Positions 23,364-33,661 of a stretch of DNA of 34,125 bases are shown piece after piece. A program made the position numbers and the translations under genes. The notes beneath the pieces are model-generated. The model did no database searches, was not told where the DNA came from, and saw only the letters and a list, made by a program, of their open reading frames with translations. The number at the start of each line of letters is the position of its first letter. Position 1 is the first letter of the stretch. This stretch comes from Welwitschia mirabilis. Taxonomy: Eukaryota. The DNA lies in NCBI GenBank assembly GCA_051453625.1, contig JBOZIK010000001.1:192233-226357 (forward strand). Direction: 5' to 3'.

Positions 23364-23376
23364 TGGTATCAGAGCC
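23364..23376 (+). promoter_or_regulatory. Primer-binding site complementary to initiator tRNA-Met
   Basis: TGGTATCAGAGCC, the canonical plant tRNAiMet PBS, lies directly after the LTR end. Confidence 0.92.
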
Positions 23377-23378
23377 TA

Positions 23379-23666
23379 ATGGCGACCGACAGTGATGGCG
23401 GTGGTCTCCATGATGATGCTTGGGAGGCTGGAGCCCTGATCCTTGAGGACGAAGCGTTGCAACGATTGGAGCAACGTTTACAGGGACACCTAGATCAAGA
23501 AACCGACTGCAGATTCCGTTGCTTCAAGGAGCGGTTTGATGAGATTGTGGAACGATTATATGCTCTCGGTGTTGATGTGGACCGGAACCGGATAAATAGC
23601 AGAAGGCCAAGAGTTGATGTTGCTCATGGTGACCCTGTCTATAGGCCTGTTCCTGTCTACAGGTAG
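23379..23666 (+). CDS. Probable N-terminal part of retrotransposon Gag (ends at an early stop; element truncated by a gap)
   Basis: ATG lies 2 nt after the PBS. GC-richer 95-aa ORF with a short coiled-coil-like stretch (ALQRLEQRLQ...FDEIVERL). The call is mainly positional. Confidence 0.6.
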   Translation: MATDSDGGGLHDDAWEAGALILEDEALQRLEQRLQGHLDQETDCRFRCFKERFDEIVERLYALGVDVDRNRINSRRPRVDVAHGDPVYRPVPVYR

Positions 23667-25640
23667 AACTTCATGCATCTGATCAGTTGATGTACCTTGA
23701 CCTTGAGCCCAACTCGAGGACGAGTTTTNNNNNNNNNNNNNNNNNNNNNNNNNNNNNNNNNNNNNNNNNNNNNNNNNNNNNNNNNNNNNNNNNNNNNNNN
23801 NNNNNNNNNNNNNNNNNNNNNNNNNNNNATTTGATTGTTTCCTTTGTCATGAAGACATAATTTTATTATTTGTTATTCTTCATTTTGAAATCTTGCTAAG
23901 TAAAAACATGTGATTTTTAAAAAATTTATAACTAGTCTTTAGTTTACAAGACTTTTTGACAATGGTACGGGGGAAGAAGAGAGGACCCTCAACTCTGTTT
24001 TTTATTGTTCTTTTCTTGTTCATGAAGTGGATGTGCTACTTCTTTTTGTAGAAACAGAGAATAATAANNNNNNNNNNNNNNNNNNNNNNNNNNNNNNNNN
24101 NNNNNNNNNNNNNNNNNNNNNNNNNNNNNNNNNNNNNNNNNNNNNNNNNNNNNNNNNNNNNNNNNNNTCTTTTTGTAGAAACAGAGAATAATAAATGTAT
24201 GTGATTCCTCCTAATCTTTAAATTACTTTTACACATTAAAATAGACCAAAAAAATAGAAGTCCCAATACATAATCTAGTACAGAATTATTTTTCTTCTTT
24301 TGTTGCATGATTTTGTATAATAATAATTATATCTTGAAAGCCATGATGGTTATAACAAGTATAGCAAATGATAAGAGGAGGTTGTAGCAGTTTGTAAAAA
24401 CGAAATCCACTATTTGAGTTATATCACTANNNNNNNNNNNNNNNNNNNNNNNNNNNNNNNNNNNNNNNNNNNNNNNNNNNNNNNNNNNNNNNNNNNNNNN
24501 NNNNNNNNNNNNNNNNNNNNNNNNNNNNNTTTGGGTTATAGCACTGATGCTGAAACAATGGCTGACACATTCTGTAACAAAAGGGAGGAGCTTTCAACCA
24601 CAGTTTATATCAGTTACGATGTCCTTCAAATACTGGTTTACTCAGACATTAAGACCATGCATAGGAATTAAGGTTATTTTAGACATCTTTATTCAAACAC
24701 ACTGTTGTCCCTTTGATAGTATTCTACCCATTGGTTCTGAATAGCTTATATCCAAGGAGATAATCTTGGATATATTTGATACGCATGTTAGGGACACAAA
24801 ATGTAGATTATTTGATGAGGGGAAATACTACAAATGATATTGAAATTCACAAAATCAGCCTCTAGGATCACTACTCTTTAAATTTTTTTGTTTGAAATAA
24901 AGGACCGAGTTCATGTGATAGAATCCAAATTAAAAGGGGCCAAAAGCACTAAGTTGAGTATACCTACGAAATGAGTTAAGTATATGATCCAACTAGAAAA
25001 CAAAATATATGAAAATTACATCCTTGATACACAAAAGATTTGTGGGCATGAAAAGAAGGAANNNNNNNNNNNNNNNNNNNNNNNNNNNNNNNNNNNNNNN
25101 NNNNNNNNNNNNNNNNNNNNNNNNNNNNNNNNNNNNNNNNNNNNNNNNNNNNNNNNNNNNNAAAAAATATATGAAAATTACATCCTTGATACACAAAAGA
25201 TTTGTGGGCATGAAAAGAAGGAAATTCATGTGCTATTCTTTAACTTATATTTCCCAATTTCATGTTATCACACTCGTAAACACATCTTATTTTTAATTTT
25301 ATGTAGACAAGCTCTAATGCTTTAGATTATCTCCATAACATTCGGGAAAGATGAACATCTTTAACATCCAAAAAAGGTGAAAAACTTTCATAATCTAGTG
25401 CTTGTGGGGATTTTGTATTGTTTAGAGGTGTAGTAAAATTCAGGAAAATAACTTTTGTACATGCCTTTCAATATCCAATTGAGATATATAGGAGTAGTCA
25501 TGCAATGTCCATAAACATTTGTTGTTTGTGTTTATCATGTAATTTGTAGCAGAAGGTAGGTGTATAGAGCTGGTAATGATTTCTTTCTTTCATAATAATT
25601 ATGCTATCATGCATTTTCATCCTGTTTTGCACAACTACAG

Positions 25641-25743
25641 TTGGAGGCATGTGTGCATCCATTTTTTGATGAATTGCGTGATCTAAATACTATGTTGCCT
25701 AATGGTCATTCTTTGCCACCATTCTTTGACTTCATAGTCGAAG
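25641..25743 (+). pseudogene. Captured GSK3/shaggy-like kinase (ASK/BIN2 family) C-terminal exon, copy 1
   Basis: [31 protein letters not shown] versus family consensus [31 protein letters not shown]. Preceded by an acceptor (ctacag) and flanked by intron-like DNA. Confidence 0.9.
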
Positions 25744-26186
25744 GCATGCCAACTTATTTTTTAATTTTTTTCTTTCTTTTGATGTATGCAANNNNNNNNN
25801 NNNNNNNNNNNNNNNNNNNNNNNNNNNNNNNNNNNNNNNNNNNNNNNNNNNNNNNNNNNNNNNNNNNNNNNNNNNNNNNNNNNNNNNNNNNGAAAGATGA
25901 ACATCTTTAACATCCAAAAAAGGTGAAAAACTTTCATAATCTGGTGCTTGTAGGGATTTTGTGTTGTTTAGAGGTGTAGTAAAATTCAGGAAAACAACTT
26001 TTGTACATGCCTTTCAATATCCAACTGAGATATATAGGAGTAGTCATGCAATGTTCATAAACATTTGTTGTTTGTGTTTATCATGTAATTTGTAGCAGAA
26101 GGTAGGTGTATAGAGCTGGTAGTGATTTCTTTCTCTCGTAATAATTTTGCTATCATGCATTCTCATCTTGTTTTCCACAACTACAA

Positions 26187-26289
26187 TTGGAGGCATTTGT
26201 GCATCCATTTTTTGATGAGTTGCATGATCTGAATACTGTATTGCCCAATGGTCATCCTTTGCCACCACTCTTTGACTTCATAGCCAAAG
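26187..26289 (+). pseudogene. Captured GSK3/shaggy-like kinase exon, copy 2
   Basis: [31 protein letters not shown], with the acceptor mutated to 'ctacaa'. Part of a ~440-bp duplication across a gap. Confidence 0.88.
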
Positions 26290-27756
26290 GCATGCCAACT
26301 TATTTTTTAATTTTTCTTTCTTTTGATGTATGCAATATTTTTTTTAGCTTGAATTTAATAGTTTCCAGTTTAAGAATTATCTCAGAGGTTTTAGCTAATG
26401 TGGATTTATCTTCAAAACACAACTCATACATCCCCACTATCAAATACCTATCAAGCAGGAAATCCAAAAATAAAACTATTTCACTTGTTCTACTTTGTAC
26501 CAAAAAAACCTATCAAATAGGAAACCCAATTATTATATAAATTAAGCACTACACTTTTTCTGTTAGCTCTTATACTAAAAACATAATTGACACGCCCCCA
26601 TNNNNNNNNNNNNNNNNNNNNNNNNNNNNNNNNNNNNNNNNNNNNNNNNNNNNNNNNNNNNNNNNNNNNNNNNNNNNNNNNNNNNNNNNNNNNNNNNNNN
26701 NCAATTATTATATAAATTAAGCGCTACATTTTTTCTATTAGGTCTTATACTAAAAACATAATTGACACACCCTCATTACTAAACTAACTAATTTGTTCTA
26801 CATCTTGACTTGTGACTAGTCTAAATAATTTGTTCTACATTATTTAAAAATTACTTGATCAGCAAAGTTTCCTCTTATATAACATGACAATCACTCTAGG
26901 TTATACAATTTCTATAACACAAACCACACAGATGATATGAGCCTCTATACTGAAGGACATCACCCTTCATACTATGAAGACAAGTCATTCCTTGAGAAAC
27001 ATAGCATGCAAACAACTTCCTAAAAACCAATATCGATAACTATTCTGAAATAATTCCAAGATCTCTTCAAATAGTAAAACAAATGGGCATAAAAATTACT
27101 CCTACAAACATCTCCTTCGCTCCAAAATGATAAAACATACAATATGCATAGGGCTCTTAAAAAAGGTATGTGCAATCCTAATTCTCTAGTATGAAAGACA
27201 AAGGAGCTTGTGAAGAACTGTACTGAGAAAAGTCATAAAACTATAATGTTTTATAATAACTTATCAGCTGTAGATAACACAAATACACCATGGCTCGCTT
27301 TCTACGTCATTAACCAAAAAGTGATGTAAAGATTAGAAATTACACCAATTATAAAATTAAATAATCTTCATAAAGATAAATTAGATCAAAACTATCACGT
27401 ATTCCATTCAAAAAGGCTGCACTAAAACATCAGACTAGAGAAACAGATCAGTTTCATAAAATATGACTTAAGATCGAAATAGAAAGTCCACAAAAATATT
27501 AAAATCTAGGTAACCCAGCATGGGTAGATTTCCTACTAGTGCAGAAAATAAACTTTTACCGTAACTGAGAAACCAAAACAACTCAAAGCGAAAATTTTCC
27601 AAAACAGTTCAGAATTTAACAATGCCACCATCTATTAAGAATCCAATTTTGACTTGTATTTAACAACCCTAACATAGAATCTAAAACATTGGAGGAACAA
27701 AAACCACATATCTTAAATTTTATGCTCCTACACCCTATAGTAATTGAAATAAATAA

Positions 27757-27939
27757 TCACTTCTTCTTAATCACAACCTTGGTAATCTTAGCACTAGTAG
27801 GCTCCTCCTTCTTGACAGACTTGATGAATCCAGTAACAACAGTCTGCCTCATGTCTCTAACAGTAAAATCACTAATTGGAGGATAGTCAAAGAAGGTCTT
27901 AATAGACTTGGGTGCCTTTTCGAGCTACTTTCTAGAACA
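27757..27939 (-). pseudogene. EF1A: Captured elongation factor 1-alpha C-terminal fragment with an internal deletion
   Basis: [57 protein letters not shown] versus EF1A ...[43 protein letters not shown].KKK*. Confidence 0.9.
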
Positions 27940-28611
27940 TTTTAGCTAATGTGGCTTTATCTCAGAGGTTTTATCTAATGTGATATACCATATCATTTCT
28001 CAATAAGGTATTGGTAAGCTCATTAAGTTGTCACTCCAGCCATGGTTTTATCTTACATCATTTACTGAAATGTGATTTCCAACCATCCATTCTTGAACCA
28101 TCAATCTTCAAAATAGGACATTTTAATTNNNNNNNNNNNNNNNNNNNNNNNNNNNNNNNNNNNNNNNNNNNNNNNNNNNNNNNNNNNNNNNNNNNNNNNN
28201 NNNNNNNNNNNNNNNNNNNNNNNNNNNNATTAGCATGTATTCCATTCAAAAAGGCCATATGAAAACATCAGACTAGAGAAAAAGATTAGCTTCAGAAACA
28301 AATTAGTTTCATAAAATCTAACTTAACATCAAAATAGAAAGTCTTCAAAAATATTAAAATCCAAATAACTCAGCATGGGTAGATTTCCTACTAGTGCAGG
28401 AAACAAAGTTTTACCGTAACTAAGAAACCAAAATAACTCAAAGCGAAAATTTCCCAAAATAGTTTGAAATTTAACAATGCCATTGTCTATCAAGAATCCA
28501 ATTTTGACTTATATCTAACAACCGTAATGTCGAATCTAAAACATTGGAGGAACAAATACCACATATCGTAAATTTTATGCTCCTACATCTTATAGCAATT
28601 GAAATAAATAT

Positions 28612-28851
28612 TCACTTCTTCTTGACCATAACCTTAGTAATCTTAGTACCAAGAGGCTTTTCCTTCTTAATAGACTTGATGACTCCAATAACAATAGTCT
28701 ACCTCATGTCTCTGACAGTAAAATCATTAAGTGGAGGATAGTCAAAAAAGGTCTTAACCACCATGGGTTTTATTGGAATTATCTTCACAAACCTTGCATC
28801 ACAATTCTTAATGAACTTGGATGCCTTTTCAAGCTCCTTTCCAAAATGTTT
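28612..28851 (-). pseudogene. EF1A: Captured elongation factor 1-alpha C-terminal fragment, longer copy
   Basis: [75 protein letters not shown] versus [56 protein letters not shown]. Confidence 0.93.
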
Positions 28852-28931
28852 AAACTAATGTGGCTTTATCTCAGAGGTTTTATCTAATGTAATATATCAT
28901 ATCATTTCTCAATAAGGTGTTGGCAAGCTCA

Positions 28932-29138
28932 TTAGGTTGCCAAGCCAGCCATGGTTTTATCTTACATCATTTGCTGAAATGTGATTTTCAACCTTCCATT
29001 CTTGAACCATCAATCTTTAAAGTAGGTCATTTTAATTGTTGGCTTTACAATTACCTTTCGCTTAGCTTCAAGTAGTGCCTTTTGTCTAGCTTCTTCCACT
29101 GTTGCTTCAAGAATGTTCATATTTGCTTGATCATCAGT
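28932..29138 (-). pseudogene. Possible captured two-exon fragment of an unidentified gene
   Basis: TDDQANMNILEATVEEARQKALLEAKRK | GT..AG intron at 29054-28974 | QMM*DKTMAGLAT*. Confidence 0.4.
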
Positions 29139-30292
29139 AAATAGGGTTTAGAATCTAAGCTTCATGTTTAGGTTTTTTAAATAAAAATTACATGGACATC
29201 AAATTCAAGACATTCAAGAGTAATAGAAAAAACTATGACCACTTACTGATGTGAAGGTAGGGCTATAGAAGTCAAAATCCCAACTTGTTGTAAGCTGTTT
29301 AAAGTAATTTTGGTTTCAATGGCTAAATTTTAAAAGAATCTTCTTATTTGCTTTTAACGAGAAAAGAAAAATGCACACCCATGTACCTAGCAATCCAACA
29401 ATTAGGACACTAGTTTCGATCAATCTAAGATCTCATCCTGCCCTTTTACAAGTAATTTTATTTCTCTACCATATCATTCTCTCATCAAATTCCCTAAATG
29501 CAGGCTAATGTTCTATTGATTTAGTTAGGATTTGTAGGAACTAGAAGACTTGGAGAGAAATGGCTCAAGTGGTGGATGGGGGAATGCCTTTAGGCTATGA
29601 ATACTTCCAATAAGAGCACTCCAAAGAGAGAGCTATCTAAAATACTACCACATGGCAAGGGCTTTCCTAGGGAGAAAGAAAGCCTCCATTGAAGCGTGCC
29701 TCAGCTTCTTTGGCCTTGCCCTCATAGTACATGTCTGTGGAGTTGAGGCAAGTTTCATTCAATTTTAGCAATTAGTGTTGTGCTTATTTGACATTAAAAA
29801 AATAATTATGAGTACTTTCTAAGAAAAAAGTAAAACACTAGAAATACTAGTGGGGAGTGAATTTGCTATATAGAATGAGCCTGAACACAACTCTTACATT
29901 TTCTAATGTTCAAGGGCCCAATGAGAAAGTTTTTCTAATGGATTCAACTGTTATAACCATTATTACCATTATTTCTAGGGTTCCATAGGTCTCTTCTTTT
30001 CAANNNNNNNNNNNNNNNNNNNNNNNNNNNNNNNNNNNNNNNNNNNNNNNNNNNNNNNNNNNNNNNNNNNNNNNNNNNNNNNNNNNNNNNNNNNNNNNNN
30101 NNNTTTAGCTTTCGTAAATAAAAATTACATGGACGTCAAATTCAAGACATTCAATAGCAACAAAAAAGACTATGACCACTTACTGATGTGAAGGTGGGGC
30201 TATAAAAGTCAAAACCCTCACTTGTTGTAAGTTGTTTAAAGCAACTTTGGTTTCAATGGCTAAATTTTGAAAGAATTTTCTTATTTGCTTTT

Positions 30293-30704
30293 CCTGATGA
30301 AGTAGAAGGTGTTAACAAGAAGAGCAAGATGCACACCCATGTGCCCAGCAATCCAAGAATTAGGGCACTGGTTTCGGTCAATCTAAGATCTCCTCCTGCC
30401 TTTTCACACGTAATTTTATTTCTCCATCATATCATTCTCTCATTAAATTCTCTAAATCCAGGCTGATGTTCTATTGATTAGTTTGGATTTGCAGGTACCA
30501 CAAGACTTGGAGAGCAATAGCTCAGGTGGTGGATGGTGAAATGGCTTTGGGCTATGGATACTTCCAATAAGAGCAGTCCAAAGAGAGAGCTATCTAAAAT
30601 ACTGCCACATGGCAAGGGCTTTCTTAGGGAAAAAGAAAGCCTCCATTGAAGCATGCCTCAGCTTCTTTGTCCCTGCCCTTATAGTACATGTCTTTGGGAT
30701 TGAG
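30293..30704 (+). pseudogene. Possible captured two-exon fragment of an unidentified gene (duplicate at about 29355-29747)
   Basis: Intron gtaatt...ttgcag at about 30410-30493. The spliced frame reads ...RALVSVNLRSPPAFSH|VPQDLESNSSGGGW(G/*)NGFGLWILPIRAVQRESYLKYCHMARAFLGKKKASIEACLSFF...IE and ends at AG|GCAAGT. Confidence 0.42.
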
Positions 30705-32650
30705 GCAAGTTTCATTCAATTTCAGCAATTAGTGTTGTGCTTATTTGATGTTAAGAAAATAATTATGAGTACTTTCTAACAAAAAGTAAAACACTAGAAC
30801 TACCAGTGGGGAATGAATTTGCTATGCATAATGAGCCTGAGCACAACTCTTACATTTTCTAATGTACAAGGGCCCATTGAGTAAGTTTGTCTAATGGATT
30901 CAACTATCACANNNNNNNNNNNNNNNNNNNNNNNNNNNNNNNNNNNNNNNNNNNNNNNNNNNNNNNNNNNNNNNNNNNNNNNNNNNNNNNNNNNNNNNNN
31001 NNNNNNNNNNNNNNNNNNNNNNNNNNNNNNNNNNNNNNNNNNNNNNNNNNNNNNNNNNNNNNNNNNNNNNNNNNNNNNNNNNNNNNNNNNNNNNNNNNNN
31101 NNNNNNNNNNNNNNNNNNNNNNNNNNNNNNNNNNNNNNNNNNNNNNNNNNNNNNNNNNNNNNNNNNNNNNNNNNNNNNNNNNNNNNNNNNNNNNNNNNNN
31201 NNNNNNNNNNNCCAACAAAGATTTTTTTTCATAAAAATAATATTTAGGTATTTTAGTTTGGAATAGATGACCATAAAGTAAGTTGCTTATCTTTGAACAT
31301 CTTTCATTTTTCTTTCTGCCTTATGGACAAGAATAAACTAGACCATTGTCTTGCTTATTTAATAGCTATTTTTATGTCATAAAAATTCAATTTGGAGTAT
31401 TTCTAGCTAATATTTTTAACCATCATCTATTCTTTTACACTAAAATATAAAATTATAGGTTAAATTTATATATAATTTTATTTTAAAAATGTTTTCCCTA
31501 ATATCTCTTTTAAGAACGGTTTTTATTGGTTTTTGATTATGTTATTAATGATCTTTCTAATAAGACAAGTCAATTGAAATGAAGAACATAATCAAACAGA
31601 AATGAAATCTAAGCTAAGCTAAATGAAATGAAAGCTAACCTCTAAAAGCCTCCATTCCATTTAAAAATAGATAAGACAAGACAAGCTTCAAAGAACCACT
31701 GGAAGTAATGCCTTAGAGTTTTGGTAAAGAATACATTAATAGAAATGCTATTTAAAATTAGAAGGGATTGCTGGTCTGCCTCCACTAAAGCCCTATCCTT
31801 TTCTTTTGCTTGATTAAATGGACACACCAAGAATTGAATGGGTTGATTAAGCAAACATTTGAGCTCTTTTCATTTGAAAACTTCTAGAAGCAATATAAGT
31901 TAAGAATAGCTGGTGAAAATACAAAAANNNNNNNNNNNNNNNNNNNNNNNNNNNNNNNNNNNNNNNNNNNNNNNNNNNNNNNNNNNNNNNNNNNNNNNNN
32001 NNNNNNNNNNNNNNNNNNNNNNNNNNNAGAATAGCTGGTGAAAATACAAAAAATTAAAACTAGCGAAGGAGATCCGTAAAGCATGCAAGTGGCTAGGAAG
32101 AATTTAAAGTCCTTGTTTTTATAGTGAACCTATAATTTCCAGGCTGTGAGAACCATAGTGTGAACTTTTTTTACACCTTTGATGATCCCATTCTGGACAA
32201 ATCTCTCCTTTACTATGTGATGATGCATTATACTTATAACTCCAACATGACTTAAAGTCACATTTGAAGTAATGAGAATTTTCCAAAATGGTCTGGTTTG
32301 ATGACTATTATTTGCACTTCTAGAGCTTTATCTTCATTTCCTACTTAAACACATAGTATTTCATGGCTCTTTACAATACTAATAACACTTCTAGTATAAA
32401 TGCCTTTAGGAATTCTATGATGCAATGTCTCACAGATCTATTGAACAAAGCAACTTAGGTTTCTACTGTGAAAGAGCTTAATGAATTATAGCAAACTATG
32501 GGTGTCAAGAGGCTTTATTTATAGAAATACCATGAGATGTCTCAGTAGGTGGCTAAGTAGTGGGAAGCTAAGGCATTTGATTTACTATATTCTAAGAGGA
32601 TGACAAATAAGAAGAAGAGGAGAATGAAATAAAAGGCAAATAGAATTTTA

Positions 32651-32748
32651 AATCAAGTGGGAAGAGGAGGATTTGGGCGAGGTTATCATGGCATCATCCA
32701 AATGGAAAGCAGATTGCAATTAAAGTCTCTTCAGAAAGTTTTAAATAG
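32651..32748 (+). pseudogene. Captured receptor-like kinase fragment (kinase subdomains I-II)
   Basis: NQVGRGGFGRGYHGII/NGKQIAIKVSSES (one frameshift) matches the RLK pattern GxGGFGxVYxG...GxxVAVKxLSxxS. Confidence 0.75.
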
Positions 32749-33399
32749 GTTTGCTTTCTAAACTTTTTATTTGCCACTTAGAATAATTGTAGTAAAAATC
32801 TGGTATGTTCTATTTGATGATTATTATTAAAACCTTACATTCGTTATATAAAATCCTCAATGGGATTTTTACCAACGTCATTACCTTTAATTTAATTTAA
32901 TTTAATATTTAGTTTCTCTCAATCATTAATTTAATAAGCTATTTTCATAACATAGAGAGCAACTTATTAATTGTTCTCAAAATTTGCAAGCTGTATTTTT
33001 TTTTTCATTGGTTGGTTGATATGGCATAAGTTCTTGAAGGATTTAATATCTGTGCCTAGATTCTAGGGCATCTGAGTTCATCTCCTAGAAAATACCTTCT
33101 TAAAACTAGTGCTGTCATGCTTAGCACAAATTTAATAAAGAACACAATCAGAGAGAACTTTAATCCTAAAGCTTCCACGTGTAATGGTTCTCTATATACA
33201 ATCCCATTGTAAGTAGCAAGAGAAACAAGGTTTTTGGTTGCATGAAAACCTGTTTACATTACAAAGACCATTCTATGATTCTCTTTACTCTTTTTGTCTA
33301 ATCCATAAATAACTGCTAAAGTACAACACTGTCAATTAGCTTTTAAACTGACTAGAAAAAGTGATTTTGTGTGGTAATTTTTTATTTTGGAAGTTCTAC

Positions 33400-33645
33400 C
33401 TTTTGAGACGTTTATTTGGTAAAATGCCTCAAAAGGCTTTTGAGGCATTTATTTTGTAAAATGTGTTAAAAGGATTTTGAGTCATTTCTCTCAAAAAAAA
33501 TGCCTCAAAGACCTCAAAGGGCTTTTGAGCTTGCAAAAATGCCTTAAAAGCCTTTTAAGGCATTTTTATTAAAACAACTTAGAAACACCTTAAAAGCATG
33601 TAGGATTTTAAGACATTTTTTTAAGGCCAAAATGCCTTAAAAGCC
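33400..33645. repeat. CACTA right subterminal repeats (AAATGCCTTAAAA / TTTTRAGGCATTT)
   Basis: Variants at about 33421, 33437, 33498, 33537, 33554, 33606 and 33630, the same motif as at the left end. Confidence 0.88.
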
Positions 33646-33661
33646 TATATTTTTTGTAGTA

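Larger units (their letters stand above)
20813..33661. mobile_element. Non-autonomous CACTA (En/Spm) DNA transposon carrying captured gene fragments (Pack-CACTA type)
   Basis: Left end TACTATAAGAAATATGGGATTTTAAGGCATT versus reverse-complemented right end TACTACAAAAAATATAGGCTTTTAAGGCATT (27/31 identical). 3-bp TSD GTT at 20810-20812 and 33662-33664. The empty site is visible in copy A. No transposase recognised. Confidence 0.92.

Noticed and set aside
23364-23376. Endogenous caulimovirid (tRNA-Met primer site)
   Set aside because: The site follows a TG..CA-bounded LTR and precedes a gag-like ORF. No movement or coat protein is seen, and the RT elsewhere in the window is gypsy-type with an integrase.
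27689-28741. Duplicated hydrophobic 65-aa + strand ORFs (MEEQKPH.../MEEQIPH...) as small membrane proteins
   Set aside because: They are the antisense reading of the EF1-alpha C-terminal fragments.
31636-31885. Exon-like minus-strand block (also 24540-24635 and 26930-26995)
   Set aside because: Splice-like ends are present but there is no frame I can recognise or support. Needs BLASTX.
248-32088. ORF-track entries consisting mostly of X
   Set aside because: Artefacts of reading through N gaps.
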